Position numbers and translations under genes: made by a program. The notes below the pieces were generated by a model. That model was given only the letters and a program-made list of their open reading frames with translations. It was not told the DNA's origin and did not search any database. 64,000 bases of DNA from Octopus sinensis (Eukaryota): the NCBI RefSeq assembly GCF_006345805.1, contig NC_042997.1, forward strand, positions 34,162,001-34,226,000, read 5' to 3'. Every line of letters starts with the position of its first letter. The stretch's first letter is position 1. Of the stretch, positions 14,343 through 27,744 are shown piece after piece.

Positions 14343-14555
14343 TCATTTATACTGAGCAAATATGAATTTTCTCATGTGCAAGCATCTTAAGACTTGTTCT
14401 TGTCTAGAATTTATTATATTACCCTTAGATATAAAAATATGGTAAAATTCTTCTAAACATAGGTCACATTTATTAGTTCCACCTCTGTATGGTTTTACAA
14501 TACTAATCAATTCCCAATTCATTGTATAGTCTTTGTTTTTGTCTTTAATAGACCA
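14343..14555 (-). pseudogene. Penelope-like element C-terminal fragment (GIY-YIG-associated CxxC...CxH tail)
   Basis: [70 protein letters not shown], open to the stop. The 5' break abuts a (CA)/(TA) microsatellite. Confidence 0.7.
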
Positions 14556-14602
14556 CACACACACACATATATATATGTATGTGTATATGTACACACACAC
14601 AT

Positions 14603-14694
<92 letters not shown>

Positions 14695-15030
14695 TATGTA
14701 TGTATGTATATATAAATATATAGTTTAGCACAATCCGTAAGTTGTGATAATAGGAATCAAAGTTTCAAATGCTAAGTGATACGATGCGTTCCCATCGGCT
14801 ATTATAACAATAGACGTATAAAAAACCGTTGAATAAAAGAGAATTTACTCTAATAGGTAGGAAAAATATAAAAGATAAAAATACACGCCATCATATTCTC
14901 GCATTACATAGACATAAAAACCACCTGCGTTCATAACGTCAACATAGTTACACACTCACATAAACATGTATATGTATATGTCCATGCACACACAAACATA
15001 CAAACACTTACGCACTCATGCATATGTATG

Positions 15031-15064
<34 letters not shown>

Positions 15065-15203
15065 ATATATAAAATAGTAAAAAGTGAAAAACTACAGAAG
15101 GCTTGTTTTAGAAGTTTAAAAAATATATATTTGAGTCATTATGTCTGAAGAATGTTATAATTTTTTTTTTTTTTTCATAAAATGACATAGTTTTTGAAGA
15201 ACA

Positions 15204-15417
15204 AAAGAAAAATTCTAATGTCAAATATGCCGAAAAAAAGACAAAAATTGTCAATAACAATTATAATTTATGCGTCTCGAAACAAAGCGATAGAAATTTC
15301 TAAAAAATCCGTTATTTTTTAGAAATTTCTTTCGGTTTGTTTCGAGACGCATAAATTATAATGGTTATTGACAATTCTTGTCATTTTTTCGGCATATTTG
15401 GCATTAAAATTTTTCTT
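15204..15417. repeat. ~210-bp imperfect palindrome (foldback)
   Basis: Arms of about 100 bp (…ATGCGTCTCGAAACAAA… / …TTTGTTTCGAGACGCAT…), centre near 15311, with several mismatches. Confidence 0.9.
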
Positions 15418-15624
15418 TGGCCCTTATCTTCTAAATTATTTATAAATATAACTTTTAAAAGTATTTTTTGATATGCTGGCCATTGATAAAATTTTTTTCC
15501 CGAAAAAATTTTTCTTTGGCCCTTATCTTGTAAATTATTTATAAATATAACTTTTAAAAGTATTTTTTGATATGCTGGCCATTGATAAAATTTTTTTCCC
15601 GAAAAAATTTTTATCCTATATTAG

Positions 15625-15625
<1 letters not shown>
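15408..15625 (+). repeat. ~99-bp tandem duplication, end of a repeat family also present at 31973-32092 and inverted at 16677-16711
   Basis: TTTTCTTTGGCCCTTATCTT...TGCTGGCCATTGATAAAATTTTTTTCCCGAAAAAA occurs twice, then TATCCTATATTAGTTA followed by (TA)n. Confidence 0.85.
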
Positions 15626-15692
<67 letters not shown>

Positions 15693-15755
15693 GTATATAT
15701 GCACGCAACTTCATCCTCATATGCACATAGGTGTATGCATAAATATATACATATA

Positions 15756-16620
15756 AACCACCGCCTATTACTTGTCAAGCTTCAAGCATATAGTTTCCAT
15801 CCGGATATTGTACGATGGGTTGGTGCCTTCCTCTCAGATCGCTCCTTCCAAGTCCAAGTTAATGGTTCGCGGTCCGAAGTCTCCAGCGCGAGCAGTGGCG
15901 TGCCTCAAGGTTCAGTGCTTGGGTCCTTATTGTTCTTAGTCTTCATAAATGACTTGCCCGACGACCTCACGCAACACACCCTTCTATTTGCCGACGATGT
16001 CAAACTGGTCGCTCCTCGCGGTGATATAGAGGATCTTCGTCGATGCCACCACCAAATTTGGAGATAGTCTAACGAATGGGACCTGTGTTTGAACGTGTCA
16101 AAGTGCTGTCATCTGCCTGTTGGCTCTCCTCCTGCAACTCAACTTGATTTCAAGCCGAGTCGTCTGCTGCTGGAGAGGACCGATCAGGTAAAGTACCTGG
16201 GTATCTTGGTGGATTCCTCCTTTTCGCCTTCGGCCCAGTGCGTCCATGCTGCCAACAAAGCACGCGGAGTTCTGTTCTTGATTCGACGGTCATTCGGAAT
16301 GCTCACAGCAGCCATATTCCTACCGCTCTATGTCACGCTGGTGAGACCCATATTGGAGTACGGGATTCAAGCCTTCTCTCCTTATCTCCTCAAAGACATA
16401 CAGCGTCTCGAAAGAGTCCAGAAGCTGGCTACCCGCATGGTTCTTGGTCTCAAGAATTTGTCTTATGAAGAAAGGCTGAAGACGCTCGACCTTTATTCTC
16501 TAGAAAAACGACGACGCCGTGGTGATCTCATTCTTGCTCACATCATAAGCGGAAAGTGTAACCTCTCGAAGGAGCTGTTCTTCTCTCCTGTTCCAGAGCG
16601 TCGGCTGCGGGGTCATTCCG
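15756..16620 (+). mobile_element. CR1-clade LINE reverse transcriptase fragment
   Basis: HRLLLVKLQAYS...SGVPQGSVLGSLLFLVFINDL...LLFADDVKL, one in-frame TAG at 16065, then KYLGILVD...LVRPILEY...LERVQKLATRM...YEERLKTLDLYSLEKRRRRGDLI...LRGHS. Flanked by TA-rich microsatellite on both sides. Confidence 0.92.
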
Positions 16621-16645
16621 TACCCTCGTTGGCCTTATGTAAGTA

Positions 16646-16679
<34 letters not shown>

Positions 16680-17384
16680 ACTAATGTAGGATAAATTTTT
16701 TCGGGAAAAAATCCAGACTACATTTGTTTTCTAGCTAGCGGAACCTTGGAAGTAATAACTATTCAATGAGGGGTACTCCGTTAGCTTCTCATGAAGGCAA
16801 AGATACTTTAGTCAGCTTATCAAACTTAGATATGGATAAATTTACAACTTTTACCGTCAATAAACCACTATTTTTTCCTGAAAGTTGCTTTTCTATACCT
16901 TCTACGGACTGTACGAAGCTTAATAACTTCCTTCACTTGGATCCTTGGATCTTGCTTTTACAAACAATTATATATATATATATATATATGTCTATGTTCG
17001 TGTATGTGTGTGTGTATCCGTGTGAATATGTGTTCGTTTGTGTTTGTGTGTGAGTCTGCTAATAAAAATATGCAATTTTTCCATGCACATATAGCGATAG
17101 ATACGTAGATACACATATATAAATACATATACAGGTACACTTCAACTTTCATCGTTTTAAGTTAAGTCCTTTCCAACTTTGGTGGTTTTTATAAAGAAAC
17201 TAATGGAACCTCCCACGCAATTTCAGTCCATTTATCCGACTTTACTCCGGTCTCAGTCAACATATTTAAAAGCATAGGAATTATAAAAAAAAAAACATAA
17301 AAAAAGTCAACGTTGAAATGGAAAACCAAATGCATATAAAAATATATAGAAACTATTTATCAACACAGATATGACCTTTTATCT

Positions 17385-17815
17385 GTTTTAGTTATTAGAC
17401 CGCGGCCATGCTGAGGCATCGTCTCGAGTTTTTAGTTGAATGAATCGACCCCAGGACTTGATACTTATTCTATCGGTCACGTTTGTCGAACTGCTAAGTT
17501 ACTAGGACGTAAACACACCAAAAACAGGCTGTCAAGTGCTAGTGGAGGACAAACATAGACACAAATACACACAAATACAAGCACACGCACGCACATACAT
17601 ATATTCATACAAACAAACAAACACACATACATACATAAATACATACATAAATACATACATACATACATACATACATACACACACACATACATACATACAC
17701 ATACATACACATACATACACACACATACATACATACATACATACATACATGCATGGGCTGACCAAAGCCTTGCGAGTGAATTGGTAGAAGATAACTGAAA
17801 GAAGCCTGTTGTATA
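17385..17815. mobile_element. Diverged SINE D half (minus, ~17385-17565) and 3' part of SINE C (plus, ~17750-17815) separated by (CATA)n
   Basis: Homology to the composite at 26456-26860. Confidence 0.65.
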
Positions 17816-17885
17816 TGTGTGTGTGTATATATATGTGTGTGTATATATATGTGTGTATATATATATATATATGTGTGTATATATA

Positions 17886-18124
17886 GTGGAGGCGCGTGGC
17901 TTAGTGGTTAGGGTGTCAGCACCATGATCGTAAGATTGTGGTTTCGATTCCTGGACCGGGCGACGCGTTGTTTTCTTGAGCAAAACTCTTCATTTCACGT
18001 TGCTCTAGTCCACTCAGCTGGCAAAAATGAGTAACGCTGCGATGGACTGGCGTCCCGTCCAGCTGGGGAACACATACGCTATAGAAACCGGGCCCAGGAG
18101 CCTGGCTAGGCTTTAAAAGGACGC
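17886..18124 (+). mobile_element. tRNA-head SINE with CORE/Meta-like middle and alternative tail (family A2-Y)
   Basis: Head GGCGCGTGGCTTAGTGGTTAGGG...GTTTCGATTCC and middle TTGAGCAAAAC...CCACTCAGCTGGCAAAAATGAGT are shared with 46158. The tail GCGATGGACTGGCGTCCCGTCCAG is different. Confidence 0.75.
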
Positions 18125-18338
18125 ATTTATGTATGTATGTATGTACGTATGTATGTATGTATGTAGTATGTATGTATGTATGTAGTATGTATGTATGTAT
18201 GTATGCATGCATGCATGCATGCATGTATGTATGTATGTATGTATGCATTTTTGTGGCTGTTCATTATTGTGATTTTTGTTGTGGTCATTGTTGTGTTTGC
18301 TGTTGTGACTATTAATGTAATAACTATGATGATCACTA

Positions 18339-18690
18339 GTGGAGGCGCAATGGCCCAGTGGTTAGGGCAGCGGACTCGCGGTCGGAGGATCGCGGTTTCG
18401 ATTCCCAGACCGGGCGTTGTGAGTGTTTATTGAGCGAAAACACCTAAAGCTCCACGAGGCTCCGGCAGGGGATGGTGGTGATCCCTGCTGTACTCTTTCA
18501 CCACAACTTTCTCTCACTCTTACTTCCTGTTTCTGCTGTACCTGTATTTCAAAGGGTCAGCCTTGTCACTCTCTGTGTCACGCTGAATATCCCCGAGTAT
18601 GGGATACGTGTCTGTGGAGTGCTCAGCCACTTACACGTTAATTTCACGGGCAAGCTGGGACCCTCATCGTCGCAACCGACGGAGTACTCC
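18339..18690 (+). mobile_element. SINE family A, copy with small internal deletions
   Basis: Aligns to 27360-27744. Confidence 0.85.
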
Positions 18691-19109
18691 TATGATGATC
18701 ACTGAAATTGTCGTGGTTGTCATCGTGGTGGTCATGGCCGTGGTAGCGGTGTCGTCGTGGTCGTCGTGGTTATGATCGCGGTAGTGATCTCGCCGTCGTC
18801 GTCTTGGCTGTCATTATCAGTATTCCCTTTTATTTCACAGTTCATTATGTGTTAAAATGTGCATTTAATCTGCCGTCTTTGATGTGAAAACTTAAAACAA
18901 TGCATAAGTTAATGTAAACATTCATGATAACACACCTGCGCACGCGCACACACACAAGCATCAGCAAGTAGGCAAACAAACAAGTAAACACAAACAAACA
19001 AACACACACCGCATAAACAAATACAACTAACCCCTCCACCACCACACACACACACACACACACCACAAAACGAACGCATTACATACTGAAACAATACAAA
19101 TAGATAGTT

Positions 19110-19463
19110 AACTATTCAAATACACACACACACACACACACACATACACACACGCACACGCACACATACACACACACATATACACATACACACACATACG
19201 CACACACATACACACACATACACACACATATACACACACACATACACATACACACACACACATACACATACACACACATACACACACACATACACACATA
19301 TACACACATATACACACACATACACATACACACACACATACACACACACATACACACACACATACACACACCCACATACACACACATACACATATACATA
19401 CACACACACATACACACACATACACACACACATACACACACATGCACATACACACACACACAC

Positions 19464-19515
<52 letters not shown>
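19110..19515. repeat. (CA)n/(TACACA)n compound array
   Basis: Directly visible. Confidence 0.95.
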
Positions 19516-21081
19516 TACTGACGGACACAATGCAACAAACCAATAAATACTTAAGGAAGCATGCGAACAAACCAAACGTAGAAACGAAGAAAACAAATAC
19601 TCTTCAGAAATAAACAAAATTAATCAAATTCGTCGAACAATAACATTTTTAATTTGACATTCAAACTAATGCTTTTAAAGTTAATGGTATTTACAAGATT
19701 TCTTTGGAAAGTTTTAGGCTGAACTTACCATTCAGGTGCGGCAACGGTGACTCTTGAAATAAAATTCTTGTGGTTCTATTTAACTTTTGTTCACATAATC
19801 TTCTTACTTATATTCCTTTCTTACCTTTCTTCCTTCGTTTTGCTTCTTTGTTCCGAAAGATATTTTATTAAAATTATTATTAAATATGTGTTTATTATAA
19901 ATCAATGATCAAAAATTAGAAAATGTTTGTTTATTTTATAGAATTAGAAGAATTGCGTGATGTTTCGCAGATGATCGGTGAAAGTTTCCCAAATGTTTAT
20001 ATATATATATATCTAAAATGTAAATAGATTTGCATAAAAAAAAATAGTCGTATCATATCTAGAGTTAAGTGCTAAGCTATTATATTCACCATTGTCGAGA
20101 TGTCACTACTACACCAGCTGCTGCTGAAGCTGAGGATGATAATGATGAAGGCGATGACAGTAACGAGAATAATGATTGATGATGATGATAGTCTTATCTA
20201 TCATGATCTTGATGGTGACCACAATCATCTACATCATTAGTTTTGTTATTTGTATAACAATATGTTTTGATCAGTGAGAAATGAAAATAAGGTTGTTTTC
20301 CTCATCGTGTCTAGAAAAAAATACAATCAGAAAACAACGTTTCCATTACATTACATTCTGGTTCTGAACAATGCTGGTTTCTGTATTGTGTTGATACTCT
20401 TAATTGTTTGGGAGAAATCTTCCTTTGGACTGCACACAGCGCTTCAAATAACAACACGTATAAAACCCTCTTTCTCTAAAACGCTAAAACCACTCCTTGA
20501 ATGGTCAATTCTGACTACTCATTAATTTTCCCAAATAACTGATAGTGAATATCATGGTCCTCAAGTAGATCAATATCGATTTTATGACATTCGCTTATTT
20601 TTTTGATGTTGTTGACTTATCTTTTGATTTGTTCTCGTTATGATACGGTCCATTCAAATATCTGTATATTTTGACGAACTCTCAATATTTTTGCTCACTT
20701 GTCTTCCAAAATCTACATAGTTTTTTTTCTGTAACGCCGGCATAACAATGAAATCTATTCTCTTAGCATAAATCCCAATGAAAATTGGAGCAAATTTTAA
20801 GGTGTTGCTTATAATCCTTCACGATTTACACATAGTCGCCTTTATGTAGGTAACATTTTCTGTCATTTCTTCACAAAGTCAATAAATGTAAACCCTTTAA
20901 ACAGTAAATATACATTCCAATAAGATTTATATTTATATGTATTTTTGTATTTAGCAAAATCAACAAATTTTCTTGTATATTTTAATATAGCCTTGGTATA
21001 ATTGTTTCAAAATTTGATTAAATAAAAGCTAATGTTTTATAAGTACCTTGTAACTGCAGAGGATGAGATAAGTTCCGTAAA

Positions 21082-21348
21082 TTATTTAGCTAGGATTCAA
21101 TTCACTCGGTTATCTCTACCCCCTAATGTCAAGTCAACTCTACTTTGGCTTGGCACAAAGAACCTACCTAATAATAAAAAAAGAGAAGAAAATACGAAGT
21201 GTAAGTGTAGAAGTTTTTCAGGATCTTTTGATGCGTGAACGAAATACCTTTGATTGTAAATTAAAATCGCGAGGCGTTACTTTTTGCTCCACCGCGCCCC
21301 CAAATTATATTTCCAGATAACCGAGTGAATTGAATACTAGCTAAATAA
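21082..21348. mobile_element. MITE-like element with 34-bp terminal inverted repeats
   Basis: TTATTTAGCTAGGATTCAATTCACTCGGTTATCT (21082-21115) versus AGATAACCGAGTGAATTGAATACTAGCTAAATAA (21315-21348), 1 mismatch. No clear TSD. Confidence 0.55.
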
Positions 21349-22539
21349 GATGCAATATCTTAGGGTGATCGAGAATCGAAAGGTGTGTCTTTCATGATTT
21401 TTTTTTCAAGGACATGTGTTACATAAGTTGAGTGCTATGGCTTTAATTGAAAATCAAACTTGAGACGCATTATTGTTTTGCTGAGAGCTTAGCTCTTACA
21501 GACTTTATTTCGTTTGACATACAAAAAAATACAAAAAGTAAAGTCGGTTGACTCAACAACAGAATATTAATGGTATTTTATTGATCCTAAACGAATTTAC
21601 ATTGACTCAATCTGAAATGTTGAATGAAGATTTCAAGAAACTTACTAGAAGATTTCAAAGAAATATTGAAAGAGTAAAGAACATAATGTAAGGCATTTAT
21701 TATTGCACTTTGCCATTTCCTTCTCTGCCCTTTCACGTGTCCAACTTATCTCGAGCGAAAGAATAACATCTGAAGCCACAACAGTTATTGCTCTTTCCGT
21801 AGTGTTGAATTTTAATAAAAATTTTACAATGATTACTTTAAAAGTCTTGGTTATTTTCTTGATGATAAAATGCTTTTCATGGTGGAGTTGGGGTGGTCAG
21901 AACTACCAAGAAAAAGAAATGTTTCAACAGTAAGAGCTAAAATTCTATCTACTCTATCTACACAATATCATGGAAAATTGCTTAATACAAAAAGAATAAT
22001 ATATTATCTCCATTATCATACTTTTCGAAGAAGCTAGTGGTTCGTGCTTGACATACATCCCTGGCGGCATTTATGAAGCTCATAGTAGGTACCGCGGGTT
22101 ATATTTAAAGAAATTCTCTACGCTGTCGCTCAACCTGCTAAAATTAGCGGCCAAACCTCCCTAAAATCCCATCCTACCGTCTAAAGTAAAAATGGGAAAA
22201 TGGAAGAGCACATTGGATTATGTATTCCTTCTCACCCTAGTCTAAAAGTAAAATATGAGATGAGTACGACTAGGACAGTTTTGATCAAACAACAGCGATA
22301 AACAACAGCAAAATAGTCACGTAGAAAAATCACGTGTTTCGTCGTCCGGTTCTTTGAGTTCAAGTACTCTTGAAATCCTGGAGAAGTCAATGGGGCACCC
22401 ATCGCAGTATATTCTTTGTTTTAATCACTACGGGTCTCATTGACACAAACACGGCATTAGATTAACAACCACTGCTGTTAAGCTCAAAATTTTCAAGTTT
22501 CTGCATGCAACAACAGCAACAACAACAACAACAACAACA

Positions 22540-22581
<42 letters not shown>

Positions 22582-24194
22582 GCTGCTGCTGCTACTACTA
22601 CTACTGCTGCTGCTGCTTTGATAAGAAAATCAATAACGATAACAGCATTCAATGTAACAGTACCCACAATAACAACATATGTTAACGTCTCAGTTTACAT
22701 TTACAAACAAGTTAGATAGCTTTAGTGTAAAAACAAACAAACTATAAAGAGACTCACACAATGTTATCTTTATTTTAGCGAGAAACTTTCAACTACCTTC
22801 GAGGCAGCCAGCGTAGATCTTGAAAAGGAAGCTATTCAATCTGAAGTAATTTCGTTTGATAATATTTGTGTAATCTCGCACCACCAACCAGAACACTATT
22901 CCATATAGAATAAATTCAATTTAATGAGTAGTTAATGGAAATGTCAACTAGAGCATTAATATTGATTTCTGAAATTGGTACAAGGGTAACAGAATTTGCA
23001 GGAGTGAACAGTCGATGGAAGAAATCGACCCTTTGTCTATTATTTGTATTTAAAATTGTGTGCCCTTTGAAGAATAACAAGCAAAGTCGACACTCGCCAG
23101 CAGAATTTGAATTCAGGATGTATAGGGATGTTTCTAAATACTGTAATACTACAAGACCTTTTGAACGGTGTTCAATCGATTGTACCATTCACTAATTTTA
23201 ACTTGACTGTATTATATATAGTTGGTCAGAGTGTCCTGACAATCTTATAGAATGGACAACATATTCTAGATTTATATCAATCATAATTCAAATAGTGTTG
23301 TTCAGTTGCTTAAGAGAAGAAAAACGTCAACTAAAGTCTGCTCTCAGTGCCTCGAAAAAAATCTATCTATATTTAATATTTGAAATGAATCTCGTTTATA
23401 CAGGACAATAAGTAAATAAGTATGGACTTAGATAATCTGCTTTGAGCAACTCTATAGACTTTAAAGAGACAGTTTGACATCAGAAATATGAAAACAGGAA
23501 GTCACCATATCTATATAAGTCTGCAGTGTATATGTATGCATAAATACATATGTATGCGTGTGCTTGTGTATATGTTTAAATATAAGTCAACATACACACA
23601 CACATACACACACACACATACACACACACACACACATACACACACACAACGTGAAAGTATGTTGTACTAGGAAGACAAACTTAGTTCAATCAGTTCATTC
23701 ATACACACTGTATGACATCAGAAATAAGATAGAGAAGTGGTGTTTCTCTGTCTGGTGGCTATGGCGAAAGAGGGCGTGCAGTGGACGAAGCTGAAAGGAC
23801 TGAGAACAGGCACCTTCCATCGACTATTCAAGGTTCATTGGGAACGAAAAGGGAGGGTGTAGTGGGGGGTGTCTCTAATTTATCTAAAGGTAAGTTACTG
23901 TACCAAAAAGGGTTAGGAGGAATGGAACCACGCGTTTGTTGATTAGAGAACAACAGTTAGGCGAGGACCTGTACCCATGGTCGTCAGAGTCATCTTGGAC
24001 TCGTGTGGTTCCTTGACTGACACTAATTGGAGCTCTCATGTTTCATCCATGCGTTCACATATTTTGTACACTATGTATAAATTTTAACTCATCTTCCCTC
24101 TCTTTTTCCCCCTCCCTCATCATGTCATGTAACCTCAACATAAATTGTAAACTTTGTAATATTCCCACATCTGATAACACGGTAGCAAATGAAA

Positions 24195-24241
24195 TCCTTC
24201 TCCTCCTCCTCCTCCTCCTCCTCCTCTCCTCCTCCTCCTCC

Positions 24242-24294
<53 letters not shown>

Positions 24295-24307
24295 GTCATC
24301 GTCATCG

Positions 24308-24340
<33 letters not shown>

Positions 24341-24370
24341 ACATCATCATCATCATCATCATCATCATTA
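24195..24370. repeat. (CTC)n(CAT)n trinucleotide array
   Basis: Directly visible; source of the poly-S, poly-D and poly-M pseudo-ORFs. Confidence 0.95.
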
Positions 24371-24865
24371 TTGCTAAGGTGGCGAGCTGGAAGAATCTCT
24401 AACGCGACGGACAAAATGCTTTACGTTCAAATTCTATTGAAGAGGACTTCACTTTTCATACTTTCAGGGTCGATGAAATGAGTACCAAAGTCATCATAAA
24501 ATTTCGGTCTCTATGTCAAAATCTGAAACCACAATCGTCATTATTATTATTGTTATTATTATATGCCCTGATGCAGTGCCAGGCAGTGGCTCTCATGGCT
24601 TCTGATCTTAACTGATTGGAAGTGTTATCATGTACATTGTTTTGTCTTGGTATAAAAGATGGGCTACAGCAAATATTCTGCTCAATACCACAGATTTGCT
24701 TGTCAGTTGTTTGACCTTAACCAGTTGAGCATGTCCTTAGTGGCTGACGATATGTGCATCTCTGATCACGAGCAGAAGTAGTGGGGGAGCATCATAGCCA
24801 TGTGTTGAGAGGGATTCTTTGGGGTTTGAATAATTCACCTTATAATAATAATAATAATAATGATA

Positions 24866-24930
<65 letters not shown>

Positions 24931-25687
24931 GGCCGTCAGCCGGGCAAGTCACGCTTGATATCAGTCCCTCAAATTTTGTTTACAAACTATATTATTCACG
25001 CTGGAAATAACTGTTTTTCGTTTCATATATTTAATTGCGGAGAAGAAGAGATCCGCTATCAACAGGTGAGTTTATTTTTGTTTAAAGTTTTCCCATTTCA
25101 TGGGGGATTTGCCAATATCAATTTTACATCAGTTGGAAAATTTGTTTTTTTTCCTTCAGTTTTAGTTACACTAGTAAAAGAGAAGCTGAGTTTGCAGAGA
25201 ACAACAGTGTCGATACGGAAGCGAGTGAAAGTAGGAAGATATGTAACGTCTCTACTGTGTCAATGTCGTCTTAATACAAAGCAGACGACAGCAACAGAAA
25301 CAACTGCTAGAACGAGAACAGCAACAACAACTTCAACGAGAAAAAACATAACCCCTAAAGCAGCAACAACAAAAATGACTGAGATAGCAACAAGGGCATC
25401 AGCAATAACAACAAAAGCAATAATAACGTCAATAACAAGAACAGAAGTAACAGTAATGGCTACACGAAGAAAAGAAAGCCGTTCGGCGGGACAACATTAC
25501 AGAGGTGGTAAGCGGCAACAAAGCTGTAGTTTGATATTTGACGGATTGAGAGGGGCTAGTACCACTCAAGGTATAGGTTCAAGTCCCTGGCAATTTTTTC
25601 CTGTTCTATAAGGGTAAATACTGTCTTTCTCTGCTGTCCTCACAACTTTACTGCGATCGAAAAATTTACATTCTTGTTTGCAAAGTA

Positions 25688-25760
<73 letters not shown>

Positions 25761-25854
25761 TATTGATGTGGCGATTAAATTTACTTGCTAGTATAGTTAC
25801 TACTCTCATCTCTTCTTGAGGTTTTACAACTGGCTACTTTGCTTACACACACCA

Positions 25855-25901
<47 letters not shown>

Positions 25902-25927
25902 CACACGTACACGTACAAACGCATATA

Positions 25928-25959
<32 letters not shown>

Positions 25960-26455
25960 CACGTACACGTACAAATGCACACACATATATGTATGTATAT
26001 ATATATATTCGCATGCGTGCTTGTTGTTGATCTAAATACATCGACGTTACGAATATAAATTTTTTTATTAACCGTTTCTCAATTTTTCACGTGTTACTCT
26101 TAGTTCTAAATATTTTATTTCCAGCATATTTCATATGTCCACCGACCTTTCAAGAACTGCCAGTACTTTTTGGTCCTATTGTCTATGTGCGGTTATTTTA
26201 GTAGCAGCTTTCATTGATATTTTATAGTAAACAAGAATCATAGGAATTATGACTTTTCTGTACTAAATTTGTTAACGCTGGACTTAAAAGCTTTTGACCG
26301 TTGACACGAGTATACTTTCTGTAGTCATTTTGCTATGTTTGCTGTGCTGTCTGATATTTGTTGATACTATTTAGCATCAGATCAACAAATCATCGGGAGG
26401 CGTTCTTATCACTATCATCCCGTTCTTTCTACAGATATAATGTATCTTGGACAAC

Positions 26456-26860
26456 GGCGCAGGAGTGGCTGTGTGGTAAGTTGCTTGCTAACCAGCCACA
26501 TGGTTCCGAGTTCAGTCCCACTGCGTGGCATCTTGGGCAAGTGTCTTCTGCTATAGCCCCGGGCCGACCAATGCCTTGTGAGTAGATTTGGTAGACGGAA
26601 ACTGAAAGAAGCCTGTCGTATATATGTATATATATATGTGTGTGTGCGTACGTGTTTGTGTTTGTCCCCCTAGCATTGCTTGACAACCGATACTGGTGTG
26701 TTTACGTCCCCGTCACTTAGCGGTTCGGCAAAAGAGACCGATAGAATAAGTACTGGGCTTACAAAGAATAAGTCCCGGGGTCGATTTGCTCGACTAAAGG
26801 CGGTGCTCCAGCATGGCCGCAGTCAAATGACTGAAACAATTAAAAGAGTAAAAGAGTAAA
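26456..26860 (+). mobile_element. Bipartite SINE: tRNA-like C half + internal (TA/TG)n + D half
   Basis: C half: GGCGCAGGAGTGGCTGTGTGGTAAG...GTTCAGTCCC...TTGGGCAAGTGTCTTC...GAAAGAAGCC. D half: TTGACAACCGAT...TTAGCGGTTCGGCAAAAGAGACCG...AAAAGAGTAAAAGAGT. The same order recurs at 41910 and 58010. Confidence 0.85.
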
Positions 26861-26989
26861 CGTTGTAGATTGGGATTTTTTATTTTGTAAGCGTAGCGTA
26901 TGATCGGAGGATCTTGGTAGTTGTTGCGGGTCGAGTGACTACATAGCGGCATCATCACTGGTTTCTCCTAATGTTAGTATTTCTGCTAC

Positions 26990-27320
26990 GTCACTCAGTG
27001 TAGCAATTTCTAGTTTTTCGTTTTTGGATGTATGGAAGGATAGACACGATATTTCTCAGCAGCTGAAGAAAACCAAATACTAGGAGTTGGTCGACGTGGA
27101 CTTTTGTCAAGAAATGGCACGCAGCTTCATTTCCTATTGAAGTCTGCTGCCGTGGCTTTCCGACCCGATTTGTGCTTTGTTTTCGTGCAGAAGATTTGTC
27201 TGAATCTTCTGCAGGAAAGCCATAACTGAATAAAGTCTCCGAGGAGATATACACCGCAGATGAAACGAGTTCAAGATGGCTATCGCTGAAAACAGATCGT
27301 AAGTGGAACTCTTCCAAAAG
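26990..27320 (-). pseudogene. Possible highly decayed LINE RT C-terminal remnant
   Basis: Across frames: ...KVHVRPTPSIWFSSAAEKY...IQKR, weakly like the Y-K-x-x-VRP-x-x-EY...W...LD-x-IQ-x-R of CR1/L2/Jockey RTs. Confidence 0.25.
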
Positions 27321-27359
27321 TGAAGACTAATTTAGACCTCGCGGTGCTACTCAGGCAAA

Positions 27360-27744
27360 GTGGAGGCGCAATGGCCCAGTGGTTAGGGCAGCGGACTCGC
27401 GGTCGTAGGATCGCGGTTTCGATTCCCAGACCGGGCGTTGTGAGTGTTTATTGAGCGAAAACACCTAAAGCTCCACGAGGCTCCGGCAGGGGATGGTGGT
27501 GATCCCTACTGTAGTCTTTCACCACAACTTTCTCTCACTCTTACTTCCTGTTTCTTTTGTACCTGTATTTCAAGGGGCCGGCCTTGTCACTCTCTGTGTC
27601 ACGCTGAATATCCCCGAGAACTACGTTAAGGGTACATGTGTCTGTGGAGTGCTCAGCCACTTACACGTTAATTTCACGAGCAGGCTGTTCTGTTGATCGG
27701 ATCAACCGGAACCCTCGTCGTCGGAACCGGCGGAGTGCTTCCAC
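27360..27744 (+). mobile_element. SINE family A, full-length
   Basis: Intact tRNA-like head with A and B boxes; matches the 8923 and 18339 copies. Confidence 0.88.

Noticed and set aside
14200-14343. SECIS element after the PLE ORF (selenoprotein-type PLE)
   Set aside because: There is no in-frame TGA in the fragment and the ATGAA segment has no pairing partner.
22330-22365. GAAACACGTG palindrome on minus
   Set aside because: No CUGANGA core and no cleavage triplet.
24560-24840. Non-simple ~280-bp segment between (TAT)n tracts, probably an interspersed repeat
   Set aside because: Single copy in this window with no diagnostic ends, so it cannot be classified from the sequence alone.
27360-27435. 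tRNA-like sequences with A and B boxes
   Set aside because: These are SINE heads that continue into SINE bodies; no complete cloverleaf or acceptor stem.
9035-27696. Recurrent ORFs MFIERKHLK... and MVVIPAVLFHH...
   Set aside because: Incidental frames within SINE family A copies; no protein motif.
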